From Hyalangium minutum (GTDB lineage Bacteria; Myxococcota; Myxococcia; Myxococcales; Myxococcaceae), in assembly GCF_000737315.1 (NCBI RefSeq), contig NZ_JMCB01000008.1:20001-268000 (forward strand): DNA of 248,000 nt, given 5' to 3'. Below, in pieces: positions 99,861 through 111,184 of the stretch; position 1 is the stretch's first letter; each line of letters starts with the position of its first letter. Position numbers and translations under genes: made by a program. The notes under the pieces are model-generated. The model was not told where the DNA came from, did not search any database, and was given only the letters and a program-made list of their open reading frames with translations.

Positions 99861-102320
99861 ATGGAACTGACGATGCCGCCGAAGAAGGGGCCCGTGACGC
99901 GAGGCGTACCTGGGCAGGAGCCAGGCCCACGAGAGGAGCCCCCTGCCCTGGTGATCTGGTTCGAGTCTCTCTCCCGAGGAGACACGGCCATCGCGGGGGG
100001 CAAGGGAGCGAATCTGGGGGAGCTACAGAAGGCGGGCCTGCCAGTGCCTCGGGGCTTCGTGGTCACCGCCGCGGCCTTCCAGGCGTCCATGGAGCCCATC
100101 CGCTCCAAGCTGACGGACCTCTGGCGGCGCATCGATCCGGACAAACCCGAGTCGCTCGCCATCCTGTCCGATGAGCTGAAGAAGCTCGTGCGCAAGATCG
100201 AGTTCCCAGCCTCGTTGCGCTCGGCCCTGCTCTTGGCCTATCGCCAGCTGGGGAAGGATCGAGCGGTCGCCGTCCGCTCGTCCGCGACGTCCGAGGACAC
100301 GGCCGCCACCTCGTTCGCGGGGATGCACGAGACGTTCACCAACGTGGTGGGAGAGGAGGCGGTGCTCGACAAGGTGCGCGAGTGCTGGAGCTCCGCCTAT
100401 GGCCAGCGCGTAGTGGCCTACCGCAAAAGCCAGGGTGTCTCCGAGGAGCCCACCCTCGCCGTGGTGGTGCAGGAGATGGTGGACTCGGCGCGCTCGGGGG
100501 TGATGTTCACCGCGGATCCGGCGACAGGCAGCCGGGATCGGCTCATCATCGAGGGCGCCTTCGGACTGGGCGAGGTGGTCGTCGGCGGGCAGGTGGAGCC
100601 GGACACCTACGCTGTGGACAAGCAGCACATGCGGGTGCTGGAGGTCCGCGTTGGCCACAAGGACTACCAGATCGTCCGTGAGGGACACGGGCAGGAGCGC
100701 CGCGTGGATCTGTCGCCCGAGGAAGCGAGCCGCCGCGTGCTGAAGGACGAAGAGGTGCTGGAGCTCGCGCGGCTGGGGCTGAACGTGGAGCAGCACTACG
100801 GCTCGCCGCAGGACGTGGAGTGGGCCGAGTCGGGGGGGCGCATGTACCTCGTCCAGTCGCGGCCCATCACCACCCTGACGGAGACTGTGGGCCCAGCGAA
100901 GAGGTTGTCCCGAACGAAGGAGCCCGTGCTCGTCACGGGGATGGGCGCCTCCCCTGGCATCGTCTCGGGCCGCGTGCGCGTCCTACACAAGCCCGAGGAA
101001 GGGCGGCACCTGCGCAAGGGCGAGATCCTCGTGGCGCCGATGACATCTCCGGACTGGGTGCCCACGCTGCGCCGGGCCGCCGCCATCATTACGGACAGCG
101101 GCGGAATCACGTGCCACGCCGCGATTGTCAGCCGTGAGCTGCGGATCCCCTGCGTGGTGGGGACACGCATGGCCACTCGGGTGCTCCGCGATGGGGAGGA
101201 GATCACGGTGGATGGCGCCACGGGTCAGGTGCGCGCAGGGCTGGAGGAAACTCCTACCGCCGAGCCCACGAACGCCACCGTCCAGAGAGCCCCAGCCATG
101301 GCTGTGAGTCCCGGGGATCCGGAGCCGCTGGCCACGCGCCTCTATGTCAACCTGGCGATGCCGGGACAGGCGAAGGAAGTGGCGGCGATGCCGGTGGACG
101401 GTGTGGGCCTGCTCCGCGCCGAGTTCATGCTGACGGACGCGCTCGGGGGAGTGCACCCGAAGCGGCTGCTAGCGCTCGGGAGACGCCAGGAGTTCATGGA
101501 CAAGCTGTCCGGGTCGCTGCTGGAGATCACCCGCGCATTCCGGCCACGACCGGTCGTCTATCGGACCACGGACTTCCGCACCAACGAGTTCCGGGGACTG
101601 GAGGGTGGCGCCGAGTTCGAGTCCGCCGAGGCCAACCCGATGATCGGCTATCGCGGCTGCTACCGGTACATCCGTGAGCCGGAGATCTTCCAGCTCGAGC
101701 TGGAGGTACTGGCGCGGGTACGCGAGGAGACGTCCAACCTGCACGTGATGATTCCCTTCGTGCGCACGAAATGGGAGCTGGAGGCGTGCCTGGAAGCCAT
101801 CGATCGAAGCCCGCTGGGGCGGCAGCGAGGGCTGGAGCGCTGGGTGATGGCAGAGGTGCCCTCGGTGGTGTACCGCATCCCCGAGTACGCGCGCATGGGC
101901 ATCACGGGCGTGTCCATCGGCTCCAATGATTTGACGCAGCTCATGCTGGGGGTGGATCGGGACTCGGAGGTGTGCGCGGAGCTGTTCGACGAGTCGGACG
102001 CGGCGGTGCTGGATGCGATTGTGCGCATCATCCGGGCCAGCCTCGAGGCGGGCATCACCTGCTCCTTGTGTGGCCAGGCGCCCTCCAACCGCCCCGAGTT
102101 CGCCGAGCACCTGGTGCGCGCGGGCATCACCTCCATCTCGGTGGACCCGGGGGCGGTGGGCTCGGCGCGGAGGGTGATCGCGGCAGCAGAGCGGCGCTTG
102201 CTGCTGGAGGCCGCGAGGCAAGGAGGCGCCCGTGGAAGCGACGATGCGCGCGATGGTGCTCCCAGCGCCTGGACAACCCCTGCGGGAAGAACGATGGCCC
102301 CTGCCCATCCCAGGTCCTGA
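99861..102320 (+). CDS. ppsA: Phosphoenolpyruvate synthase
   Basis: GGKGANL, AVRSS, TCHAAI, SIGSNDL. Confidence 0.92.
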   Translation: MELTMPPKKGPVTRGVPGQEPGPREEPPALVIWFESLSRGDTAIAGGKGANLGELQKAGLPVPRGFVVTAAAFQASMEPIRSKLTDLWRRIDPDKPESLAILSDELKKLVRKIEFPASLRSALLLAYRQLGKDRAVAVRSSATSEDTAATSFAGMHETFTNVVGEEAVLDKVRECWSSAYGQRVVAYRKSQGVSEEPTLAVVVQEMVDSARSGVMFTADPATGSRDRLIIEGAFGLGEVVVGGQVEPDTYAVDKQHMRVLEVRVGHKDYQIVREGHGQERRVDLSPEEASRRVLKDEEVLELARLGLNVEQHYGSPQDVEWAESGGRMYLVQSRPITTLTETVGPAKRLSRTKEPVLVTGMGASPGIVSGRVRVLHKPEEGRHLRKGEILVAPMTSPDWVPTLRRAAAIITDSGGITCHAAIVSRELRIPCVVGTRMATRVLRDGEEITVDGATGQVRAGLEETPTAEPTNATVQRAPAMAVSPGDPEPLATRLYVNLAMPGQAKEVAAMPVDGVGLLRAEFMLTDALGGVHPKRLLALGRRQEFMDKLSGSLLEITRAFRPRPVVYRTTDFRTNEFRGLEGGAEFESAEANPMIGYRGCYRYIREPEIFQLELEVLARVREETSNLHVMIPFVRTKWELEACLEAIDRSPLGRQRGLERWVMAEVPSVVYRIPEYARMGITGVSIGSNDLTQLMLGVDRDSEVCAELFDESDAAVLDAIVRIIRASLEAGITCSLCGQAPSNRPEFAEHLVRAGITSISVDPGAVGSARRVIAAAERRLLLEAARQGGARGSDDARDGAPSAWTTPAGRTMAPAHPRS

Positions 102321-103254
102321 GCAGTTCCTGCTGCGAGTGCGGGCCTGCGCGGTGTGCCGCACGGACCTGCACGTGCTGGACGGCGAGCTGCCGCACGCGA
102401 AGCAGCCACTGGTGCTCGGGCACGAGATCGTCGGGACGGTGGTGGGCCTGGGCTCACGGGTGACGGACCTCGCCCTGGGCACGCGCGTGGGAGTACCGTG
102501 GCTCGGATGGACGTGTGGCCACTGTGGCGCATGTACCTCGGGCCGGGAGAACCTGTGCGCGGAGGCGCGCTTCACGGGGTACCAGCTCGATGGCGGATAC
102601 GCGGAGTACACGGTGGCCGATCACCGGTTCTGCTTTCCGCTCCCCGAGGGCTACCCGGATGTGCAAGCGGCGCCGCTGCTGTGCGCGGGGCTGATTGGGT
102701 ACCGGAGTCTGCGGCTTGCGGGCCCAGGCGAGCGACTGGGGCTGTATGGCTTTGGAGCGGCGGCCCACGTCCTCATTCAGGTGGCACGCCACCAGGGCCG
102801 GAGGGTGTACGCCTTCACACGCCCAGGAGACGCGGCGGGACAGGCGTTCGCCCGAGAACTGGGGGCGGAGTGGGCGGGCAGCTCCGAGCAGTTGCCTCCG
102901 GAGCCCCTGGATGCGGCCATCCTCTTCGCGCCAGTGGGAGCCTTGGTGCCCCTGGCCCTGAGAGCGACGGTTCCCGGGGGCGTGGTGGTGTGCGGAGGCA
103001 TCCACATGAGTGACATCCCCGCCTTCCCCTACGCACTGCTGTGGGGCGAGCGGGTGGTGCGCTCGGTGGCCAACCTGACGCGGCAAGACGGGCGGGAGTT
103101 CCTCGCGCTCGCACCGCGAGTGCCGGTACGCACCGAGGTACAGAGCTACCCATTGGAGGCAGCGGCACAGGCGCTCGAAGATCTGCGGGCGGGGCGGGTG
103201 CGCGGAGCAGCGGTGCTGGACCTGACCGGCAGCCCAGCCCCCCTTGAGGGGTGA
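102232..103254 (+). CDS. Zn-dependent alcohol dehydrogenase
   Basis: CRTDLH, GHE, CxxCxxxxxxxC. Confidence 0.9.
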   Translation: MEATMRAMVLPAPGQPLREERWPLPIPGPEQFLLRVRACAVCRTDLHVLDGELPHAKQPLVLGHEIVGTVVGLGSRVTDLALGTRVGVPWLGWTCGHCGACTSGRENLCAEARFTGYQLDGGYAEYTVADHRFCFPLPEGYPDVQAAPLLCAGLIGYRSLRLAGPGERLGLYGFGAAAHVLIQVARHQGRRVYAFTRPGDAAGQAFARELGAEWAGSSEQLPPEPLDAAILFAPVGALVPLALRATVPGGVVVCGGIHMSDIPAFPYALLWGERVVRSVANLTRQDGREFLALAPRVPVRTEVQSYPLEAAAQALEDLRAGRVRGAAVLDLTGSPAPLEG

Positions 103255-103483
103255 TGGAAAACCTTTCCAGGGCGTCCAAGTGCTCACCCATCTTGTGACT
103301 CGCCATCAGCGCTGGGCTTCGTGCGTCCACCCGCACTGCTGCTCCTGGTGCTCCTGCTGGGCGGGGCGGTGATGCTGGCGCTCGGGCTCGCGCTGCTTTT
103401 CTGGCCCCGCGCGCTCCTTCACTTCTGAGGAGGGCCGCAGACGGGCGATGCCACTCCTCCACCGCCCCACACGTGCCTCCAGG

Positions 103484-103969
103484 CTACGCCTTCACCTTCC
103501 CCTCTGGCGCCGTGCCCTGAACAGCGATCCGCTTCGGCTGGACCGCCAGCGTCTTGGGCACGTTCACGGTGAGGATGCCCTCCTTGAGTTCCGCGCGGAT
103601 CTGATCGGCGTTGATGCCCACCGGCAGAGAGAAGGTCCTCGTGAACGTGCCCGCCGAGCGCTCGGAGCAGTAGTACGTATCCGTCTCCGAGACCTGCTCG
103701 GCCTCGCGCTTGCCCGAGAGGGTGAGGCGGTTGTTGGTGACTTGGATGTCGAGGTCCTGCTCACGAAAACCGGGCACGTCTGCCTTGAAGACGTAGGCGT
103801 CCTTCGTCTCCCAGACATCGAAGGCAGGGACATACGTCCCCAGCCGCTCCGGAAGCAGCTGGGACATCGGCTCCAGGTTCAGCATCTCACGCATGGTCTG
103901 GAACAGATCCCACGGGAGCAGCGAGCGGCGGGTCGTCGGGACAGCTTCACCTCTCCTGATGATGGCCAT
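103484..103969 (-). CDS. Small heat-shock protein Hsp20
   Basis: ER..G.F.RTF.LP, GILTV. Confidence 0.92.
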   Translation of the reverse strand: MAIIRRGEAVPTTRRSLLPWDLFQTMREMLNLEPMSQLLPERLGTYVPAFDVWETKDAYVFKADVPGFREQDLDIQVTNNRLTLSGKREAEQVSETDTYYCSERSAGTFTRTFSLPVGINADQIRAELKEGILTVNVPKTLAVQPKRIAVQGTAPEGKVKA

Positions 103970-104138
103970 ATTTCCTCCTGAGATTGACAACTCCCGCACC
104001 AGACGGCCTGGTGAGTAGAACCGCCGTGGCTGGGCGGGGGGCGGAACGTGGTGATGGGGCACGCGAGGACAACTGGCCTTCGAGGGCATATGCCCTGGGG
104101 TGCAGGAGCCTTGTTGGAATCAGGCTCGGCTCCCTACC

Positions 104139-104351
104139 TCATGGGTTTATCTGCACGGTGGGCTCTTCAACCTCCCTGCCCAACCCGGGGCGCAGATCGA
104201 ACGCCCTGCAGCCGCTGGCTCCAAAGACCTTCAGCTCGAAGCGCGAGAGCTCTGGATGAAGGCACCGTGCTTCTTCGCTCGCCACGGGTCTGCGAGAGAG
104301 ACTCGCGAAGTATTTGCAGTTCTGGCAGTGCCCCCAGTTTCGGTCGGTCAT
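104139..104351 (-). CDS. Small Cys-rich hypothetical protein
   Basis: CQNCKYF...C...C. Confidence 0.45.
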   Translation of the reverse strand: MTDRNWGHCQNCKYFASLSRRPVASEEARCLHPELSRFELKVFGASGCRAFDLRPGLGREVEEPTVQINP

Positions 104352-104496
104352 GGTTCTTGCCACCTCCTTTCTGCAAGCTGGACGGTGTGGGCGGAGGCGC
104401 CAACTCGTGGCGGACAGGTCCAGCGGTCCCTCCTTGCACCTGCTCGGCACGATCCCACCCGCAAGCATCCGCGCGAACGGTCGCACGGCGCACCTC

Positions 104497-105140
104497 TCAC
104501 GCCTCTCCAGTGCAGCTGGGCGGATCGCAACGCGCCGCCCCATGACCGAAGACCATGGCCGTCTGGCCCAGCACTTCGCGCCGCTTCATCTCCTCCCATA
104601 GCTCTAGCCCCTCGCGTGAGCGCTCGCCGATGCCAGCAAACACCGCGACGCCACGCAGGTGCTCCACCGCATTGCGGATGAACTCCGTCAGGATGATTGT
104701 CTTGCCGACCCCCGCGCCGCCAAAGACCGCCGCTCGCCCGCCGTGGGTGAAGGGAGAGAACAGGGCGATGGCCTTGATGCCCGTCGGGTAGAGCTGTCCC
104801 GCCCGTTGGAGCTGCGATGCCCTCGGTGGTGCACGATAGAGCGAGGCCCGCTGGAGCCCCTGGAGCGGCAGGCCGCCATCGAGCACCCGTCCGTGGAGAT
104901 CAATGACCCGGCCCAGCAGCTCGGAACCCACCGGCACAGTCAGTGGCGAGCCTTCGCTGACCACCGGATAACCCCGGCGCAGTCCTCGAGTCGAATCGAG
105001 TGCGCTCCATCCAGCTGACAATGAAGGGCCGATGCCAGCGGAGGCACCTGGTTCTGGAAGCGAACATCCACCACCGTGCCGCGCACCGCGACGACCTGGC
105101 CTTGGAACCGGGGGCTCTGTGAGGGCAGCTGGAAGGCCAT
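104497..105140 (-). pseudogene. atpD: Frameshifted, truncated ATP synthase beta subunit
   Basis: TGIKAI, GGAGVGKT, GERSREG; N-terminus in another frame; C-half missing. Confidence 0.82.
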
Positions 105141-105168
105141 CGACACACCCGTCCACTCTTCCAATGCC

Positions 105169-105846
105169 TCATGCGCTCACTGTGGCTTCCATGGGCTTGT
105201 CGAGCCCGGCCTCCAAGGCTTCCGCGCGCTGCCGGATGCCCAACAACATCTTCCGCTCCATCAAGAAGTGAAGAGGGCCCAGGAAGAAGGCAACGAGTGG
105301 ATCTCCCGGTCTCCAGAAGTAGCTGGTGCGGACGCGGGAGACCATGCGCGTGAACCCGTTTTGCGGATAGAGCCCCAACGACCAGCTCACCTGGGACTGC
105401 CCTGGCGGCTCCTCGGGACGGGAACCGACCACCAGCGAGCCATAGGGCTCCACGGCCCTCACCGGCAAGTGCAGGCCGCGGCCCGTCGGAATCGTGTCTC
105501 CTGGCTCCAGCGTCTGGAACTCGGGCAGCAAGTGCTCCACGGTGGAGATGCGAAGCCCCGCCAGCCGCTCCATCCACTCGTAGCTGTAGAAGCCCTGGGA
105601 CCCCACCCCAAGCCGAACCAGCCAGGGCCAGATCGCCTCCGGTCGCGCGCGGACGGTAATGGCACGGTTCGAGACGTAGAAGGGCCTCTGTACCAGCTCG
105701 TCGCCGGGCATGGGACGCGTGAACTCCTCCTGAGTGGCTCCCCATCTCAAGTGCCAGGGACGCAGGATGAGCCAGTAGGCGGCGAGTCCACCCGTGCCCA
105801 CGGCGGTCAGCACGCTGGCGAAGCGGAGTCTCTTGTCGCGGCGCAT
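105169..105846 (-). CDS. Hypothetical protein (SRPBCC-like)
   Basis: WGAT..E..MPGD, IWPWL, MERKMLLGI. Confidence 0.55.
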   Translation of the reverse strand: MRRDKRLRFASVLTAVGTGGLAAYWLILRPWHLRWGATQEEFTRPMPGDELVQRPFYVSNRAITVRARPEAIWPWLVRLGVGSQGFYSYEWMERLAGLRISTVEHLLPEFQTLEPGDTIPTGRGLHLPVRAVEPYGSLVVGSRPEEPPGQSQVSWSLGLYPQNGFTRMVSRVRTSYFWRPGDPLVAFFLGPLHFLMERKMLLGIRQRAEALEAGLDKPMEATVSA

Positions 105847-106177
105847 GGCATCCTCCTCGGCACGTCGAACGAGCTGCCCTGAGATTGGGAGATGGCTTGC
105901 CTCCCTGCCATGGGACGAGGGGGAGGGTCAGCCGGCCTGGCGCATGGCGCTGTCCCTCACCCTGGAGTACGAGCCATGCGTCGACCGTGGATGCGCCCGC
106001 GCTCGATGCGTTGAGACTCGTGAGTTCGCGCTGAAGAAACCTGGAGCGAGGAGCGAGATTGCCGCAGGGTGCCGCTCACGGCGCCGTGGAGCAGTTCCTG
106101 GGCCTGCCGCCTGTTCCGTGTCAACGGCTGGCCATCCGCGCCACCGACGGGTCCGGAGCAGCGCCTGAGAGGAGATC

Positions 106178-106639
106178 ATGCCGCAGCCCCTTCCGCCCCT
106201 CGAACAGCACCCCTTCCTGCGCGGGCTCTCTCCCGAGCAACTGAGCGCCATTGCCTGCAAGGTCCGCGAGCAATCCTTCCCGGCGGGAGCCCTCCTGCTG
106301 CGCGAGGGCGATCCGGCGGACACGCTCTACCTGGTGCGCAGTGGGAAGGTGGTGCTGGAACAGAACGTGCCTGGCAGGGGCCCCACTTTGCTCGAGACGT
106401 TGAAGGCCGGCGACATCCTCGGCCTGTCCTGGCTGTTCCCACCCTTCCGCTGGCATCTGGATGCGCGGGCGGTAGAGTCCGTGGACACTTTCGCGCTCGA
106501 TGCCTCCTGCATGCGCGGCCCCTCGCCGGAGCACCCCGTGCTGGAGCCTGCGCTGGCCATGCGCCTGCTGCGTCAGCTCTACGACCGGCTGGAGCGCGTC
106601 CGGCTGCAGCGGCTCGATGTCTACAAGGCGGGAGCATGA
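106178..106639 (+). CDS. Cyclic-nucleotide-binding domain protein
   Basis: cNMP fold, GDILGLSWL. Confidence 0.85.
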   Translation: MPQPLPPLEQHPFLRGLSPEQLSAIACKVREQSFPAGALLLREGDPADTLYLVRSGKVVLEQNVPGRGPTLLETLKAGDILGLSWLFPPFRWHLDARAVESVDTFALDASCMRGPSPEHPVLEPALAMRLLRQLYDRLERVRLQRLDVYKAGA

Positions 106640-107493
106640 GCCTCGACGTTCCACACGTCCCTGGCGTCGCCGGCCCGCTGACGCCCGAACCGCTCCGCGT
106701 GCGGAGCCTCCGCCGCGAGACGGCCGACACGTGGACTGTATCGCTCGATGTCTCCTCACGCCCGGGTGGCTTCCCGTTCCAGCCGGGCCAGTTCAACATG
106801 CTGTACGTCTTCGGCGTGGGCGAGGTGGCCATCTCCATCAGCGGAGACCCCAGCCGGCCGGCCGAGCTGATCCACACCGTCCGAGCCGTGGGAGCCACCA
106901 CCCGCGCGCTGTGCCGAGTGGGCCGAGGCGGCATGCTTGGCGTCCGAGGTCCCTACGGCCGGCCCTGGCCACTGGAGGAGGCACGTGGCCAGGACGTCGT
107001 CGTGGTGGCCGGCGGACTCGGCCTTGCCCCCCTCCGCTCCGTCATCCTTCACCTGCTGCGCCACCGCGAGAAGTACGGCCAGGTGTTGCTGCTGGTGGGG
107101 GCCCGCACACCGGAGGATCTGCCCTTCCGCCGGGACCTGGAGCGCTGGCAAGCGGACTCGCGGCTGCGGGTGCTCGTCACCGTGGACAAGGCGAGCCCTG
107201 GCTGGAAGGAACACGTAGGCGTGGTGCCTGCGCTGCTGCGTGACGTGGCGGTGGATCCAGCGCGCACAGTGGCGCTGATGTGCGGCCCCGAGGTGATGAT
107301 GCGCTTCACCGTGCGCGAGCTGGAGCGGCTGGGCGTGCCCGACGCGCGCATCCACCTGTCGCTGGAGCGCAACATGAAGTGCGCGGTGGCCTTCTGCGGG
107401 CATTGCCAGCTCGTGCCGTACTTCCTCTGCAAGGACGGGCCGGTGTTCTCCTACGACCGGCTCCGGTCCTTCATCAGCCTCCGCGAGGTGTGA
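106636..107493 (+). CDS. Group-3b hydrogenase gamma subunit (FAD/NAD(P), 2Fe-2S)
   Basis: [22 protein letters not shown]...C. Confidence 0.88.
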   Translation: MSLDVPHVPGVAGPLTPEPLRVRSLRRETADTWTVSLDVSSRPGGFPFQPGQFNMLYVFGVGEVAISISGDPSRPAELIHTVRAVGATTRALCRVGRGGMLGVRGPYGRPWPLEEARGQDVVVVAGGLGLAPLRSVILHLLRHREKYGQVLLLVGARTPEDLPFRRDLERWQADSRLRVLVTVDKASPGWKEHVGVVPALLRDVAVDPARTVALMCGPEVMMRFTVRELERLGVPDARIHLSLERNMKCAVAFCGHCQLVPYFLCKDGPVFSYDRLRSFISLREV

Positions 107494-107494
107494 G

Positions 107495-108274
107495 ATGGCG
107501 CGCAAGCGGAAGCGACCCACACTCGCGGTCTGGAAGTTCGCCTCGTGCGATGGGTGCCAGCTCACCGTGCTGAACCTGGAGGACGAGCTGCTCACGCTGG
107601 CGGACTCCGTGCGCATCGTCCACTTCGCCGAAGCCACCAGCGTGTCCCTGAAGGGAATGTACGACGTCTCGCTCGTGGACGGCTCCATCACCACACCCCA
107701 TGACGCCGAGCGCATCCGCGAGGTGCGGCGGCAGTCGCGCCGGCTGGTGAGCATCGGGGCCTGCGCCACCGCGGGTGGCATCCAGGCGCTGCGCAACTTC
107801 AAGGATGTCCAGGGCTTCCTCTCCAGCGTCTACGCGAAGCCCGAGTACATCGAGACACTGGCCACCTCCACAGCCATTGCGGACCACGTGCCGGTGGACT
107901 TCGAGCTGCGGGGCTGCCCCATCAACAAGCGGCAACTGCTGGAGGTGCTGAGCGCCTTCCTCCAGGAGCGGCGGCCCAACGTGCCGAGCCACAGCGTGTG
108001 CGTGGAGTGCAAGCTGCGCGGCAACGTGTGCGTCATGGTGACGGGTACACCGTGCCTGGGGCCCGTGACGCATGCCGGCTGCGGGGCACTCTGCCCTACG
108101 TACCAACGCGGCTGCTACGGCTGCTTCGGGCCCATGGAGACACCCAACACCGCCTCTCTGGCCCGCGCCTTCCAGGCCGCGGGGCGCTCGGAGGCGGAGC
108201 TCGTCCGGGCCTTCCGCAACTTCAACGCGAACGCCCCGGCATTCCGTGAGGAGAGCGAGCGCCATGAAGAATAG
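107495..108274 (+). CDS. Group-3b hydrogenase delta (small) subunit
   Basis: SCDGC, GACA..GG, GCP, CLGP..AGC...CP...CYGC. Confidence 0.88.
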   Translation: MARKRKRPTLAVWKFASCDGCQLTVLNLEDELLTLADSVRIVHFAEATSVSLKGMYDVSLVDGSITTPHDAERIREVRRQSRRLVSIGACATAGGIQALRNFKDVQGFLSSVYAKPEYIETLATSTAIADHVPVDFELRGCPINKRQLLEVLSAFLQERRPNVPSHSVCVECKLRGNVCVMVTGTPCLGPVTHAGCGALCPTYQRGCYGCFGPMETPNTASLARAFQAAGRSEAELVRAFRNFNANAPAFREESERHEE

Positions 108275-109060
108275 GACGCGAACCCTCCAGGTAGACTCCC
108301 TCACGCGCCTGGAGGGAGGGCAAGGCCACGAATGTGCGCCTGGCCATCTGCGAGCCGCCACGCTTCTTCGGAGCCCTGCTGCGCGGGCGTTCGTACCTGG
108401 AGGCGCCCGACATCACCTCGCGGATCTGCGGCAGTACCGCGCTCATGTCCATCCTGGGTGGCCCATCCATCCATCCGCCTGAGGCCACCGCCGCCGTTCC
108501 CCGCGAGGCAGAGCACATTCTACGGACCCTCACCCTCTCGAAGCAGGAGCGGAGCCTTCCACTTCGCCGCCCATGCGCGGGGCACCAAGGCGGAGGGGGC
108601 GCGGCTCTTTCTGGAACTCATCCACGTGAGCGCACGGTGCCGGGCTCTTGTGGACACACCTACGCCCCGGAGCACCACGTGCTGCGATGCCCGGCTTGTG
108701 GCGGCACGGAGGGAGTGGAGGGAGGAGCCGAGGGTGATCCGGCTGGCCATCACCGTGCAAGGCGTGGTGCAGGGCGTGGGCTTCCGCCCCTTCGTCCACG
108801 CCGCCGCCATGGGCTGGTGGGATGGGTACGCAATAGCACCGACGGGGTCCGCATCGAGGTGGAGGGGCCAGTTCCCAGGGTGGAGGACTTCCGGCAGTCC
108901 CTCGAGCGTGAAGCTCCGCCCGCCGCCCGGGTAGCTCGCGCAGCAGTCCCCCGGACACGATGAGGACCTCCGCATCCTCGACAGTGACCCGAGCGCTCCT
109001 CCTCGGCCCATCATCCCGGCGGATCTGGCCACCTGCCCGGAGTGCGCCCTCAAGTCGCAC
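108264..109060 (+). pseudogene. Shredded remnants of hydrogenase alpha, protease, hypA and hypF
   Basis: Successive short segments homologous to 90393-92800. Confidence 0.8.
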
Positions 109061-109069
109061 CGGCACCTC

Positions 109070-109260
109070 CGCGGGCCGTTCGTCTTCTGCGATGCCCAGG
109101 GAACCTCCCTCAAGCCTCAAGAACGACGCCTGCCGGGACACCCTCCTCCGAGCCCACAAGCGGGCGGGCCTACGTCCCATCGGCTGGCACACGATGCGAC
109201 ACACGTTCGCCGGCCACTGGGTCATGCGGGGGGTACCTCTCAAGGCCGTCCAGCGCGGAC
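109070..109260 (+). pseudogene. Tyrosine integrase C-terminal remnant
   Basis: RAGLRPIGWHTMRHTFAGHWVMRGVPLKAVQ. Confidence 0.75.
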
Positions 109261-109354
109261 GTCAAGAAGGACGCCGTCCGGGCGCTCAAGGGTCGCACTG
109301 GGGCACCTGGTGCGGGACGAGGAGAATTTCCCAGTGAAGTCCGGTGGTTAAGAA

Positions 109355-109440
109355 TGCACGAGCCGGGGATCGAACCCGGACGGCCCTTACGGGCCAGCGG
109401 ATTTTAAGTCCGCTGCGTCTGCCTGTTCCGCCACTCGTGC
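109355..109440 (-). tRNA. tRNA-Leu(TAA)
   Basis: GCGGA-CTTAAAA-TCCGC arm, long variable arm, GGTTCGATCCC. Confidence 0.95.
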
Positions 109441-109540
109441 CCGAGCGCCACAACGGTGTCGGGACCATCTCTCAACTGCTGGACGGCCGCAATGCGCTCA
109501 ACGGTCGATTCCGGCCCGCCCTTGTTATAAAGCGCCCGCC

Positions 109541-111184
109541 ATGCTCGAGACTGTCACCAAGGGCTTCCGCTCCGCCAAGAACCGCCTCGCCGGCAAGAGC
109601 GAGCTCACGCAGGATGTGGTGGATGAGTCACTGCGCGACATCCGCGTCTCCCTGTTGGAGGCGGACGTCGCCTTCGATGTGGTGAAGAAGTTCGTCGCCC
109701 GCGTCCGCGAGAAGACCGTGGGCGAGGTGGTGCAGACGACCATCACGGACAAGTCCGGCCAGAAGCGGAAGGTGAGCCCGGCGGACTACTTCGTGAAGAT
109801 CTGCCACGACGAGCTCGAGGCCCTGATGGGGCCGGTGGACACGAGCCTGAAGCTCAAGCCCAAGGGGCAGCTGAGCGGCATCATGATGGTGGGCCTGCAG
109901 GGCTCAGGTAAGACGACGACCACGGGCAAGCTCGCCAACCGGCTGCTCCAAGAGGGACGCAAGCCGCTGCTGGTGGCGGCGGACATCTACCGTCCGGCCG
110001 CCGTGGACCAGCTGAAGGTGCTGGGCGAGAAGCTGAAGGTGCCGGTGTACTTCGAGCCCAACGTGCCGCCACCGGAGCTGGCGGCGCGCGGGTACGCTGC
110101 GGCGCGGGACCAGAAGTGCGACGTGGTGCTGATCGACACGGCGGGCCGGCTTGCCATCGACGAGGCACTGATGGCGGAGCTGGAGTCCATCAAGGGCAAG
110201 GTGCACCCGGACAACATCCTGCTGGTGTGCGACGCGATGATTGGCCAGGACGCGGTGCGCACGGCGGCCGAGTTCGACCGGCGGTTGACGCTGGACGGCT
110301 TCATCCTGACGAAGCTGGACGGTGACGCGCGTGGTGGCGCGGCGCTGTCGATCAAGGAAGTGACGGGGAAGCCGATCAAGTTCCTCGGCATGGGCGAGTC
110401 GATGGACAAGCTCGAAGAGTTCCGGCCGGACGGGCTTGCGGGCCGGATTCTCGGGTTTGGCGACATCGTCGGCCTGATGAAGGACTTCGAGAAGGTCGTC
110501 GACGAGAAGAAGGCCGAGGAGGACGCGCGCAAGCTGCTGTCCGGCAACTTCTCGATGAAGGACTTCGTGGAGCAGATCCGGATGGTGCGGCGGATGGGGC
110601 CGCTGAAGGACCTGCTGGAGAAGTTCCCGTTGTTCGGGGATCTGACGGAGCAGCTGAACCCGGACGAGAAGGAGCTGACGAAGATCGAGGCGATGTATGA
110701 CTCGATGACGGAGAAGGAGCGGCTGCGGCCGGACCTGATCAACGCAAGCCGGGTGGAGCGCATCGCGAAGGGCAGTGGGCGCAAGGCGGAGGACGTGCGC
110801 GAGCTGCTGCAGAAGTTCGGGATGATGCAGCAGGTGATGGGGACGATTGGTCAGAATCCGGGGTTGCTGGGACGGATTCCGGGGTTCAAGCAGCTGGGGC
110901 AGCTGTCTCAGATGAAGAACATGGACCTGTCGGGCCTGATGGGGAACGACAAGCTGATGCAGCAGGCGATGAGCGGCATGGGAGGCATGGGAGGCATGCC
111001 CATGCAGCTGCCGCAGATCGCGCCGGGCTACACGCCTCCGATGGGCCAGGCGGCGATGGCGAAGGCGCGGCTGATGGGCTACGCGCCGCCGTCGGCGGCG
111101 GGCAAGCCGGAGGACAAGGACGCCATCAAGGAGCGCCGCAAGCGCGAGAAGGCGAACCGGAAGAAGAACCGGAAGAAGAAGTAG
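109541..111184 (+). CDS. ffh: Signal recognition particle protein
   Basis: GLQGSGKT, DTAGR, TKLD, M domain. Confidence 0.96.
   Translation: MLETVTKGFRSAKNRLAGKSELTQDVVDESLRDIRVSLLEADVAFDVVKKFVARVREKTVGEVVQTTITDKSGQKRKVSPADYFVKICHDELEALMGPVDTSLKLKPKGQLSGIMMVGLQGSGKTTTTGKLANRLLQEGRKPLLVAADIYRPAAVDQLKVLGEKLKVPVYFEPNVPPPELAARGYAAARDQKCDVVLIDTAGRLAIDEALMAELESIKGKVHPDNILLVCDAMIGQDAVRTAAEFDRRLTLDGFILTKLDGDARGGAALSIKEVTGKPIKFLGMGESMDKLEEFRPDGLAGRILGFGDIVGLMKDFEKVVDEKKAEEDARKLLSGNFSMKDFVEQIRMVRRMGPLKDLLEKFPLFGDLTEQLNPDEKELTKIEAMYDSMTEKERLRPDLINASRVERIAKGSGRKAEDVRELLQKFGMMQQVMGTIGQNPGLLGRIPGFKQLGQLSQMKNMDLSGLMGNDKLMQQAMSGMGGMGGMPMQLPQIAPGYTPPMGQAAMAKARLMGYAPPSAAGKPEDKDAIKERRKREKANRKKNRKKK

Larger units (their letters stand above)
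78800..109354. mobile_element. Decaying genomic island (hypoxia/stress gene set)
   Basis: Lies between tRNA-Arg and tRNA-Leu; integrase remnant at the tRNA-Leu 3' end; many deletion scars; left boundary uncertain. Confidence 0.55.

Noticed and set aside
109440-109541. SRP RNA (ffs) next to ffh
   Set aside because: No GGAA-tetraloop helix-8 motif found in the 100-bp gap
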